Source: an uncultured Alphaproteobacteria bacterium
GTDB taxonomy: Bacteria > Pseudomonadota > Alphaproteobacteria > Micropepsales > Micropepsaceae
Length of the DNA: 40,904 nucleotides
NCBI GenBank assembly: GCA_903902075.1
Contig: CAIUTH010000322.1
Coordinates: forward strand, 1 to 40,904
Direction of reading: 5' to 3'
The position numbers and the translations under genes were made by a program. This document shows, piece by piece, positions 8,657 through 17,301 of this stretch. Numbering within the stretch: position 1 is the stretch's first letter; each line of letters begins with the position of its first letter. The notes beneath the pieces were generated by a model, which was not told the DNA's origin, did not search any database, and saw nothing but the letters and a program-made list of their open reading frames with translations.

Positions 8657-8815
8657 CTAGCCCCGGCGCCGAAAGCTGCGGGCCAGGAGCAGGCCCGCGA
8701 CAAAACCCAGAACGGCGGCGATCAGGGCGAACTTGATCACCATCCCGATCACCTTCAGGACGACAAACAGGATGAGGGCCAGCAGCAGGCCGGCGATGAT
8801 CTCGAATTTTCGCAA
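8657..8815 (-). CDS. Small membrane protein (52 aa)
   Basis: TTG start after a GGAGG RBS; two hydrophobic helices and a basic tail SFRRRG. Confidence 0.7.
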   Translation of the reverse strand: MRKFEIIAGLLLALILFVVLKVIGMVIKFALIAAVLGFVAGLLLARSFRRRG

Positions 8816-8846
8816 GGATTCCTCCGCGGAGAGGAAGAGACAAACC

Positions 8847-9989
8847 TCACACCGCGGTCGTGTCAATCACCAGGGGCTTCTTGATGATTGAGCTTTCGCC
8901 CTGCAGTCCCTCGCCGAAGCCGCACGAGAAGTCTTGGAAAATCGCGGCCAGTTCGTCGGCGTCAATATAGGTGGGACCACCCGGCGGGAAGCGGTAGCGC
9001 CAGAAGCTGACGATATGGGAAATGGCGCCCAGCTTCTCGCCCAGTTCCAGGAACATGTAGGGCGCGCTCAGCAGGAAGTCGCGGAATGTCTTGGGCGACT
9101 GGTTTTCCACCAGATCGCCGAACGAGGCGTCATAGACGCCCAGCGCCTTGTTCACGTGATTGCCGTTGTCGCGCACCATCTCGATGATGTTGCGGCGCGC
9201 GGCGGTCAGATAGACTTTCTGCTCCGGCGTCAGGGCGCCGAAAGGCTGGATGGTATTGATCTCGCGCAGCACGCCCATCACGTCGGGCCAGAACTTGCCC
9301 ATCGACCATTTGTAATAGAGAAAGCCGCGCCAGCTGAACACGCCTTCGCGGAAGTCGTTGCCGGTCAGGCCCAGGGTCAGGCGCAGCGGCTCCAGCTTTT
9401 CATCGATCTCGTTCGACAGCATGGCCGACACTAGGCGTCCGGACGAGGTCGAGTCGCCGCCAGCCAGCGCGATCAGCTTGGACATTTCCTGGCTGACGAA
9501 AGAGTGCATCCGCTCCTGATCGCCTTCGGAGATGGCGAAGTAGCTGGGCGAGACCTCGATCTTGTTCATGCGCAGATGTTCGCGCAGCAGGAACGGGTCC
9601 AGGCTGGGCACCGCATTCAGCATGCGCAGCACCGACAGGTCGCGTTCCAGCGCGTCGCTCTTGTAGTTGCCCACATCGCGCAGCGCCTCGGTGTAGCCGC
9701 GCTGGTCCACGAACAGCGAGCGGCCGCCGGCGCGCAAATCGGTGCTGTCGAAGGGAATGATGATCTTGGTGGCTACCGCACGGGGGCTGGCGAACAGATA
9801 GGATTCGTCGGCCCGGGTGCGGTGCTTGAGCAGGAAGGCCTTGTTTATGATGGGCGAAACAAAGAGCGGCTTTTCCAGATGCTCCGGATTTTCCAGATTG
9901 TCGGACGCGATGCGGAAAAGATTCAGCACGCGGCTGGTGGAGGCACCGCCCAGCGCGCTGAGAAAACGGACCGAACGATCATTGGCCAC
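8847..9989 (-). CDS. Hypothetical cytoplasmic protein, 380 aa
   Basis: Long ORF with genome-typical codon bias; RBS GGAG before GTG; no motif I recognise. Confidence 0.85.
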   Translation of the reverse strand: MANDRSVRFLSALGGASTSRVLNLFRIASDNLENPEHLEKPLFVSPIINKAFLLKHRTRADESYLFASPRAVATKIIIPFDSTDLRAGGRSLFVDQRGYTEALRDVGNYKSDALERDLSVLRMLNAVPSLDPFLLREHLRMNKIEVSPSYFAISEGDQERMHSFVSQEMSKLIALAGGDSTSSGRLVSAMLSNEIDEKLEPLRLTLGLTGNDFREGVFSWRGFLYYKWSMGKFWPDVMGVLREINTIQPFGALTPEQKVYLTAARRNIIEMVRDNGNHVNKALGVYDASFGDLVENQSPKTFRDFLLSAPYMFLELGEKLGAISHIVSFWRYRFPPGGPTYIDADELAAIFQDFSCGFGEGLQGESSIIKKPLVIDTTAV

Positions 9990-10104
9990 TGAAAATGCTC
10001 CACCACGAAATAATGCCGGAGCATGGCGGGTTCCGGATTAAGGACTGCTTTACCGAAAACGCAAAAGGCGTAACCTTGCCGGGGATTTTGCAGGTTAACC
10101 AAAG

Positions 10105-10986
10105 GTGAATTTCGACCGCTCGCTGGATGTGCCCATCGGGATGGAGGTGCGGCTGTCGCCCCTGGTGTCGCGGATACTGGCCCCCAATCCCGGGCCTTTC
10201 ACCTTCAAGGGCACCGGCACTTACCTGATTGGCGCGGGCGCCGATGTGGCGGTGGTGGATCCGGGGCCGCTGATCCCTTCGCATGTCCAGGCCCTGCAGC
10301 GCGCCGTGGGCAGCCGCCGGCTCAGCCATGTCCTGATTACGCATACCCACCGGGACCATTCGCCCGCTTCCACGCCGTTGAAAGAATGGTCCGGAGCCAG
10401 AACCTATGCGCTGGCGCCCGCCGCGCCGGCCGGGGCCGGTGAAGGCGCCGCCGATGAAGCGCATGACCATGACTTTGTGCCCGACGTGATCGTGACGGAC
10501 GGCGGACGCATCGCCGGTGATGGTTTCGACATCGCCTGTGTGGCCACGCCGGGTCATACCGCCAACCATATGTGCTTTGCGCTGGCGCAGGAAAATGCAC
10601 TGTTCAGCGGCGATCATGTCATGGGCTGGTCCACCAGCGTGATCGCGCCGCCGGACGGCGACATGGGTCAATACCTCGCCAGCCTGGAAAAGCTCGGCAC
10701 GCGGGATGATGCGATTTTCTATCCCACCCACGGTTCACCGATCCCGCAGCCGCGCCTTTGGCTGCAGCAACTCATCGCGCATCGCCGCCGGCGCGAGGGT
10801 CAAATTCTGGATGCCCTGCAAGGTGGCGCTGCGCTTTCTGCGATCGTGGAAGGGCTCTATCCCGCAATCGACACCGCCTTGCGCGGCGCGGCGGCGCTGC
10901 AGACAAGGGCGCATCTGGACTGGCTGAAGGCGCGGGACCTGGTGATTGAAGCGGACGGGCGCTGGATCAGAAGTGGAACTGGGTGA
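10105..10986 (+). CDS. MBL-fold metallo-hydrolase (LACTB2-like)
   Basis: APNPGPFTFKGT, THTHRDH, TPGHTANH, FSGDHVM, PTHG. Confidence 0.93.
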   Translation: MNFDRSLDVPIGMEVRLSPLVSRILAPNPGPFTFKGTGTYLIGAGADVAVVDPGPLIPSHVQALQRAVGSRRLSHVLITHTHRDHSPASTPLKEWSGARTYALAPAAPAGAGEGAADEAHDHDFVPDVIVTDGGRIAGDGFDIACVATPGHTANHMCFALAQENALFSGDHVMGWSTSVIAPPDGDMGQYLASLEKLGTRDDAIFYPTHGSPIPQPRLWLQQLIAHRRRREGQILDALQGGAALSAIVEGLYPAIDTALRGAAALQTRAHLDWLKARDLVIEADGRWIRSGTG

Positions 10987-11728
10987 AGAAGGCCTTCAGC
11001 CGCGCGGCGTTGCGGCCATGGTCGAGCGTGCCGTCGCGGCTTTGCGAACGCAGGTCGATGCGGCTGCCGATGGTGCCGGCCTGGCGCACGCGGATGACGA
11101 TGTCGCTGATGCGGCCGAACCACAGGCTCTTGTCGGTGGCTTCGACGCGCAGATCTTTTTCGCTGGCATCGACAATGGTCCAGCCCAGATTCTCCACCGC
11201 GGCATGGGCGCGCCAATAGGCTTTCTGCGGTGACACCAGCAAACCGGCATGCGGCTTGGTCAGGGTCGGGTATTTCTCATGCAGGGCATAGGCGACCGTA
11301 ACCAGTTCGCCCTTGTAAGTGATCTTGCGCTGGGCATCGAACGTCCGGTCATTGGCGGGCTGGATTTTCGCCAGCGCCACGAACTGGGGCGGGTCTTCCG
11401 GATCGGTGGTGGCGTCGTGGACGGGAAGCGCCGTAAAGCCGTAATAGACGTAAGCAAGCGGGTGGTAGAGGAAGATCAGCGACCCGGCCAGCGCGATCAG
11501 GCCCAGGCGCTTGCCCTCTCCGGCATTGCGGGTCAGTGCCTGTTTCAGCCAGACCAGTGCCAATCCCAGCGCCAAAAGGCCAAGCCCGGTGGCCAGGATC
11601 ATGATGGTACGGCCGCCCGCGTCGCTGAAAATCCCCAGCCGCACGCACGCCACCGCGCCGATGCCGGCCAGGACGGCCAGGACCAGGCTGGTCAGCGCGC
11701 CGCGTGAGGCCATCAGTTGCAAACGCAT
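10967..11728 (-). CDS. DUF1499-domain membrane protein
   Basis: Three N-terminal TM helices; P.HD.TTD..DPPQF, VEAT..SLWFG...DIVIRV, SRIDLRSQSR.G..D.GRNAARL. Confidence 0.85.
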   Translation of the reverse strand: MRLQLMASRGALTSLVLAVLAGIGAVACVRLGIFSDAGGRTIMILATGLGLLALGLALVWLKQALTRNAGEGKRLGLIALAGSLIFLYHPLAYVYYGFTALPVHDATTDPEDPPQFVALAKIQPANDRTFDAQRKITYKGELVTVAYALHEKYPTLTKPHAGLLVSPQKAYWRAHAAVENLGWTIVDASEKDLRVEATDKSLWFGRISDIVIRVRQAGTIGSRIDLRSQSRDGTLDHGRNAARLKAFFTQFHF

Positions 11729-11808
11729 GTCAGAAATCCGGGAATGGGCGTTCAATTGCGCCCATCATAAGGTAGATTTCCCGCGCCGCGATAGTGAGAC
11801 CCGCTTCG

Positions 11809-13197
11809 ATGTCCAATCCCGTCCTTTCCAACACGCAAGCCCGCGACATGGCGAGCCTGCTGCACCCCTTCACCAACCTCACGGTGCTGCGCCAGACCGG
11901 GCCCTTGGTAATCGAGCGCGGCAAGGGCGTCTTCCTGTATGGCGCCGATGGCAAGGATTACCTGGAAGCGATGGGCGGATTGTGGTGTACCGCGCTGGGC
12001 TGGGGCGAGGAAGAACTGGTCCAGACTGCCGCCGAGCAGATGCGCAAGCTGTCCTTCGCCCATATCTTCGGCGGCAAGAGCCACGAGCCTGCCATCGCCT
12101 TGTCCGAAAAGCTGAAGGAGATGGCGCCGATGCCGACTGGCAAGGTGTTCTTCGCCAATTCCGGTTCCGAGGCCAATGACAGCCAGATCAAGCTGATGTG
12201 GTACGCCGCCAATGCCCGCGGCCAGACGGGGCGCAAGAAGATCATAGCCCGCAACAAGGCCTATCATGGCGTCACGCTTGCCAGCGCCAGCCTGACGGGG
12301 CTGGACGCGTTCCACAAAAGCTTCGACCTGCCGTTCGATTTCACGGTGCGGGTGGAATGCCCGCATTATTATCGCGGTGCCCGCGATGGCGAGAGCGAGG
12401 AGCAATATTCCGCCCGCCTCGCCGCCGACCTGGAAGCCAGCATCCTGCGCGAAGGTCCCGATACGATCTGCGCCATGTTCGTGGAAGCCGTGATGGGCGC
12501 GGGCGGGGCGATGGTGCCGCCGCGCGGCTACTTCGAAGCGATCAGCGCGGTGCTGGACAAGTACGGCATCTTCCTGGTGGACGATGAAGTGATTTGCGGC
12601 TTTGGCCGCACAGGTAACGCCTTTGGCTGCCAGACCTACAATTACCAGCCCGACTCCATGTCCATTGCCAAGGCGCTGTCATCGGCCTATCTGCCGATTT
12701 CGGCGGTGCTGCTGTCGCCGGAACTGGTGGAGATCATCGAGGCGGAAGCCACCCGCATCGGCGGGCTGTGGCACGCCTTTACCTACAGCGCCCATCCGGT
12801 CGCTGCCGCGGTGGCGCTGAAGACGCTGGAGATTTACGAGCGCCGCGACACCTTCGGCCATGTCCGCAAGGTGGCGCCGGTGTTCGAGCGGCGGCTCAAG
12901 GCGCTGGGCGATCACCCGCTGGTGGGCGAGGCCAATGGCGTGGGCCTGATAGGCGCCGTCGAACTGACGCCGGACAAGAAGACCAGGCGCAATTTCGAGA
13001 CGGCCAAAGCCGTGGGCGCCAAGTGCGGTCAGTTCTGCCAGGACGAGGGCATCATCGTGCGCGCCCTGCTGCATGATCGCATCGCGCTGTGCCCGCCGCT
13101 GGTGATCAGCGAAGCGGAAATCCACGAGATGTTCGACCGCCTGACCCGCGCGCTGGACAAGACGCTGGATTGGGTCAGATCCGAAAAGTTGATCTAG
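11809..13197 (+). CDS. Class III PLP aminotransferase (omega-amino acid/polyamine type)
   Basis: LHPFT, GLWC, NSGSEAND, YHG, DEVICGFGRTG, PLP-lysine in SIAKALS, FTYSAHP. Confidence 0.95.
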   Translation: MSNPVLSNTQARDMASLLHPFTNLTVLRQTGPLVIERGKGVFLYGADGKDYLEAMGGLWCTALGWGEEELVQTAAEQMRKLSFAHIFGGKSHEPAIALSEKLKEMAPMPTGKVFFANSGSEANDSQIKLMWYAANARGQTGRKKIIARNKAYHGVTLASASLTGLDAFHKSFDLPFDFTVRVECPHYYRGARDGESEEQYSARLAADLEASILREGPDTICAMFVEAVMGAGGAMVPPRGYFEAISAVLDKYGIFLVDDEVICGFGRTGNAFGCQTYNYQPDSMSIAKALSSAYLPISAVLLSPELVEIIEAEATRIGGLWHAFTYSAHPVAAAVALKTLEIYERRDTFGHVRKVAPVFERRLKALGDHPLVGEANGVGLIGAVELTPDKKTRRNFETAKAVGAKCGQFCQDEGIIVRALLHDRIALCPPLVISEAEIHEMFDRLTRALDKTLDWVRSEKLI

Positions 13198-13403
13198 CTC
13201 GCGCGCAGCATCTGGCGTTCCGGCGTCGCGCTGGGACGCGTGTATATCAGCGCCTCGCCGGTCCACACTTCCAGCCTCTTGGCGCTGGGCAGCTTCATGG
13301 CATGCGCCAGGATCTTGGCGCGCTGGTCATCATCGCAGGTGGCGGAAAATTTGTAGGTGAGGGCGCCGGCCTCATCGAGATAGCAGATTTCATATGCAGG
13401 CAT
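13194..13403 (-). CDS. Small hypothetical protein
   Basis: Y....LD..G.....DD..A...A.....EVW pattern of small alphaproteobacterial proteins; RBS GGAG. Confidence 0.7.
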   Translation of the reverse strand: MPAYEICYLDEAGALTYKFSATCDDDQRAKILAHAMKLPSAKRLEVWTGEALIYTRPSATPERQMLRAS

Positions 13404-13650
13404 GGTGTGCTCCGAAAAGCTCTGAACAATATCTCCCGCCTATTCAATGTTTTGCGCGACGCATACGCGAAAGTCGAATGACATTTGGGTTACAGACATC
13501 ACGAATTGTCGGCATGCGGGTGGCCCGCGCGAAATTCTGCGCCGTATACGCTACACCTGTTGCCCGATATGCCCTGCGTCCTGCGTACGGAGCTTTTTTC
13601 TGCCTCAGGCGTTAACGGGAAACCCGATATTGCATCACAAGGAGTAGCCT

Positions 13651-14286
13651 ATGCCCGCCCCCTTTAAACTCGCCCCGTTGCCCTGGGACGAAGACGCCCT
13701 GGCCCCCACCATTTCCGCCGAGACCATCAAGTTTCACTATCACAAGCATCACCAGACCTATTTGGACACGCTCAACAAGCTGGTTGACGGCTCACCGTAT
13801 GCAGACCTGAAGCTGGAAAAAATCGTGCGCAAGACTCAGGGCGCGTCCGAGGCCAAGGACAAGCTTATCTTCAACAATGCTGCCCAGGTGTGGAATCACG
13901 ATTTCTACTGGCGCAGCCTGACGCCATCCAGGACCGAAGCCGGGGCCGCGCTGGACAGCGCCATCACTGCGGCGTTCGGCAGCAAGGACGAGCTGATCGC
14001 CCAGCTCGCCGAAGCCGGCAAGACCCAGTTCGGTTCGGGCTGGGCCTGGCTAGTCAGCAAGGGCGGCAAGCTTGCGGTCGAGAAGACCGCCAATGCGGAA
14101 ACCCCGATGGCCAAGGGCGTCAATTGCCTGCTCACCGTGGATGTGTGGGAGCATGCTTATTATCTCGACTACCAGAATGCGCGCCCCAAATACCTGGAAA
14201 GCGTCCTGGGCAAGATCCTGAACTGGGACTTCGCGGCACAGAACCTGACCAAGGAAGACAATGCGGTGCGCGCAGCCGCCGAGTAA
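13651..14286 (+). CDS. sodB: Superoxide dismutase, probably Fe type
   Basis: FHYHKHH, FNNAAQVWNH (AAQ is the Fe-SOD signature), FGSGWAWL, DVWEHAYY; RBS AAGGAG. Confidence 0.95.
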   Translation: MPAPFKLAPLPWDEDALAPTISAETIKFHYHKHHQTYLDTLNKLVDGSPYADLKLEKIVRKTQGASEAKDKLIFNNAAQVWNHDFYWRSLTPSRTEAGAALDSAITAAFGSKDELIAQLAEAGKTQFGSGWAWLVSKGGKLAVEKTANAETPMAKGVNCLLTVDVWEHAYYLDYQNARPKYLESVLGKILNWDFAAQNLTKEDNAVRAAAE

Positions 14287-14341
14287 GGTTTTTCGGCTTT
14301 TAACGCTTCGGCTTTACCGGGCGGAAAGCCAGGCCGATCTA

Positions 14342-14374
14342 CCCTCACGGCTCTTTGGGCCGTGGGGGTTTTTT
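14342..14374 (+). terminator. Intrinsic terminator after sod
   Basis: CCCTCACGGCTC-TTT-GGGCCGTGGGGG followed by TTTTTT. Confidence 0.75.
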
Positions 14375-15566
14375 GTCCGCAACATTTGGAAAACGCGCTG
14401 CCGTTGCGCCGCCGCTGGTCACGGCCCGCCGCGCTGCGCCGTCAGCTGAGCCGCAGGCCAAGGCCCCGCCCGGCTTTGCAGGCCGCCTGCTGGCCCGCAT
14501 CCCCTGGTTCACCCTGACCGTCAGCGCCATCCTGGTGGCGCGGTTCCTGGGCGAGTTGCGGGCCGCCACCGACCGGATGGGCACCCATTCACCCGGTCAT
14601 TTCACGCTTCTGGCCATGGGCGCTTCCGATCGCATCCAGGTGTTGGGGCAGGGCGAATGGTGGCGTCTGTTTACCGCCACCACCCTGCATGGTTCGCCCG
14701 GCCATCTGATCGGCAATCTCGTCACTTTTTTGATTGTGGGCTTCCTGCTGGAGCCGATGGTCGGCATCGGCTGGTTCGCCGCGATCTATTTCACCGGCGG
14801 CTTCGCGGGCGCGGTGCTGTCCACCCTGCTGAATGCGCCCAATGCCCTGTCGGTGGGCGCCTCGGGCGCGATCATGGCCACCCTGGCGGCGCTGTTCACC
14901 CTCAGCTTCCATGCCGGTGCCCCGCGGCCAAGCCTGATGCGCCGGGTAGCGGGCGGCTCGCTGTTTCCGGCCCTGATGCCGGCGGTGGCCCATGGCGGCT
15001 CGGTCACCGACGTCAATGCCCATCTGGGCGGCTGCATGGCTGGTGCGGTGCTGGCCTTCATCATCCTGATCGCCTGGAATGATGAAGAGGATCATCTGCC
15101 TGGCCGCTCCGTCGCCGCTACCATCGCCGGGCTTTGGGTCGCGATGATGGCGACTGCCTTTGCAGTGTCGGGCAATACCTATGTGCAATATGCCAAGGGC
15201 GGCATGGATTATATTCCGCCCGAGCAGATGCCCAAGGATGTCGAAGCCATGAAGGCCGACAGCCTGGACCTGGTGGACAAGTACCCCAAGGATCCGCGCG
15301 CCCATATGTTCCGGGGCCTGTATCTGCTGGAGCAGGCGCATGTGGCCGATGCCGAGCCCTATTTCCGTGATGCCGCGCGGCTGGGCGCCGACAGCCCGGT
15401 GATGAACCGCGAATTCTCGGACTGGAACCTCGCGCTGCTGGCGGTGACCTTGCGCTTTCAGCGTCGCGAAGATGAAGCCCGCAGCATCGCTGCGCCGCTC
15501 TGCGCCAATGCCGCAACGGATTTGCGCACCCAGCAGACCCTGAGCATCACCAAGCTCTGCAACTGA
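14373..15566 (+). CDS. Rhomboid intramembrane serine protease with a TPR-like C-terminal region (start uncertain)
   Basis: EWWRLFT, H...HLIGN, catalytic VGASG and AHLGG; C-terminal YPKDPRAH..RG helical repeat. Confidence 0.88.
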   Translation: MSATFGKRAAVAPPLVTARRAAPSAEPQAKAPPGFAGRLLARIPWFTLTVSAILVARFLGELRAATDRMGTHSPGHFTLLAMGASDRIQVLGQGEWWRLFTATTLHGSPGHLIGNLVTFLIVGFLLEPMVGIGWFAAIYFTGGFAGAVLSTLLNAPNALSVGASGAIMATLAALFTLSFHAGAPRPSLMRRVAGGSLFPALMPAVAHGGSVTDVNAHLGGCMAGAVLAFIILIAWNDEEDHLPGRSVAATIAGLWVAMMATAFAVSGNTYVQYAKGGMDYIPPEQMPKDVEAMKADSLDLVDKYPKDPRAHMFRGLYLLEQAHVADAEPYFRDAARLGADSPVMNREFSDWNLALLAVTLRFQRREDEARSIAAPLCANAATDLRTQQTLSITKLCN

Positions 15567-15574
15567 CGATCCGC

Positions 15575-16099
15575 TCAGATCGCGGTGAAGTCGAGCCTGG
15601 CCTTCTTGGCGATGCGCTTGCGCCGGTCCGAGCCGTAATAGGCGGGCCGCGCCTTGGCGCGGCGGTCGGGGCCGAAGAATTCGGTGGCCACGATGAAAGG
15701 GCGGGGTGAATGGGTCGCCACCTGCAGCTTGGTCACCAGGGTCTTGGGGCTGATCGGAACGGTCAGCACATCGGTGACGCCCATGTCGCGCGCCTTCTCC
15801 ACGTTGCGGCGGCGGGCGCGCTCCTGGAATTCGAAAATGGGCAGCATGGGGTTAAGCATGGCCTCGTCGCGCCGCGCCGCCATCAGGAAAGGCCGTTCCT
15901 GGGCCTGGTTCATCCGCTCGTCGTAAAACACGGCGTGGAAATGTTCCATGCCCAGCAGTTCCAGGGCGCGGCGGGCTTCCTCGACATGGACGATCTTGCC
16001 GACCCCGGAAATGTTCATCACCGAGCGCAGCAGCTGCAGGGTATGGGTTTTGGGGCCCACCAGCAGTACACGATGTCGCGAGAAATCCGTCCGTTCCAT
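15575..16099 (-). CDS. CheY-like receiver with a C-terminal Arg-rich region (Cle-type c-di-GMP effector)
   Basis: Receiver-fold pattern followed by the tandem motifs FFGPDRR and YYGSDRR. Confidence 0.8.
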   Translation of the reverse strand: MERTDFSRHRVLLVGPKTHTLQLLRSVMNISGVGKIVHVEEARRALELLGMEHFHAVFYDERMNQAQERPFLMAARRDEAMLNPMLPIFEFQERARRRNVEKARDMGVTDVLTVPISPKTLVTKLQVATHSPRPFIVATEFFGPDRRAKARPAYYGSDRRKRIAKKARLDFTAI

Positions 16100-16179
16100 G
16101 AAAGCGCCCTTCAAGATGCGAAAATTTGCGCCTTTTCCTTTTAAACGGGGTAAAAAGGTCTGGTTAACCGAAGGTACAT

Positions 16180-16629
16180 ATGCGCGCATCTCCCCCTCCG
16201 GCTTTTGCTGGCTCAAGAGCGGTCCCTACGCTGTCGCCAGGGACCGGCCACCTCCCCCGTCCAGGCGCGCTGACGCGCGCGGGGGGGAGGAGATTGCTGC
16301 TGGTTGCCTTGCTGCTGCCGCTGGCCGCCTGTGGCCTGTTTCAGAACAAGGAAATCCAGAAGCTGCGCAAGTCGCCCGACTACAAGGTCGGCTACCAGGA
16401 TGGCTGCAACAGTGCTTACGGTCCCGATGCCAACAAGCGTCATGACGACACCATTGTGCGCGACGACAAGCAGTATGAGACCAACCGCGCCTATCATGTG
16501 GGCTGGGACCGTGGCATCCGCGCCTGCCGCAGCAGCGGCTATTCCGGCGGCAACTTGCCCGGCGTGATACCCAGCGGTCCCGTTCCGGACCAGAATCCCG
16601 GCAACGGCGGCCGTCCGCGCGGGCTTTGA
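16180..16629 (+). CDS. Lipoprotein whose signal peptide carries an in-frame palindromic insertion
   Basis: Lipobox LAAC after LLLVALLLP; Y..GY.DGC and Y..GW..G...C motifs; codons 4-37 are repeat-derived. Confidence 0.8.
   Translation: MRASPPPAFAGSRAVPTLSPGTGHLPRPGALTRAGGRRLLLVALLLPLAACGLFQNKEIQKLRKSPDYKVGYQDGCNSAYGPDANKRHDDTIVRDDKQYETNRAYHVGWDRGIRACRSSGYSGGNLPGVIPSGPVPDQNPGNGGRPRGL
16191..16291. repeat. About 100-nt palindromic REP-like element, copy A, containing the hairpin module at 16210-16245
   Basis: 58/63 nt identical to 25379-25441 over 16195-16257; CCTCCCC...GGGGAGG terminal stem. Confidence 0.9.
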
Positions 16630-16648
16630 AGACAAAAGGATCAAATGA

Positions 16649-16685
16649 CACGAGGGCCGGGCGCTTTCGCGACCGGCCCTCGTGC
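16649..16685. terminator. Hairpin between convergent genes
   Basis: CACGAGGGCCGG...CCGGCCCTCGTG, 12-bp stem; no clear U-tract. Confidence 0.55.
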
Positions 16686-16707
16686 CGTCTGGGCAGTCCC
16701 TTGGGTA

Positions 16708-17010
16708 CTAGATGGACCGTGCGCGCGCGGCGCGGGCTTCTTGATCGGCCCTGATCTGGGCCCGAACATCGGCAAGCCCTTCGGCCACGCGGCTTTCGGA
16801 ATTGAGGTGGAACACCGAGAGGATGCCGAGGCCGCCGGCACAGGCTGAACCACAATCCGCGCCCAACCGCGAGAGACCGCTAGCGGCGGACTGGATCATG
16901 GCGGGGGAAGTTAGCGCTGTGCCGGCGCCCGGGCGTCCCAGGCCAAGATCGGGCTCATGCGGCGTCAACAACGACACAAGACCGATCCAGAATACAGCCC
17001 GGAAAATCAT
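16708..17010 (-). CDS. DUF5330-like small exported/membrane protein
   Basis: MIFRAVFWIGLVSLLTP N-terminus; location near a DivJ-like kinase matches the usual neighbourhood. Confidence 0.7.
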   Translation of the reverse strand: MIFRAVFWIGLVSLLTPHEPDLGLGRPGAGTALTSPAMIQSAASGLSRLGADCGSACAGGLGILSVFHLNSESRVAEGLADVRAQIRADQEARAARARSI

Positions 17011-17301
17011 GGCAAGCCCCTCGGTGTTTCCACGCGAGGAGCATTGCGCCCAGCCCTTTGCCGAGCGCTTAGCTGTTTCTTTAAATTTGAAACTAACTGG
17101 CCGTTCCTCATACCAGGATCAACGCAAGCCTGCCGGGAACGTTTCGCTTCGATTCAAAAGCGCATCGTGTTTGAATCAGATGTACTTAAAATTTTCGCAA
17201 AATTTGAATCGCCGTTAAGCACGGAGCCGCGGACAGGCTGAAGCGGTGTGAAATGGCTTTAAAGTATGGGGCAAAATGGCTTCAACGGCCCGCCAACGTG
17301 A

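Noticed and set aside
16660-16670. CGCTTTCGC, one base from the module loop, inside a hairpin
   Set aside because: Lacks the TA...TA closure and the 17-nt arm; it is simply the apex of a terminator-like stem.
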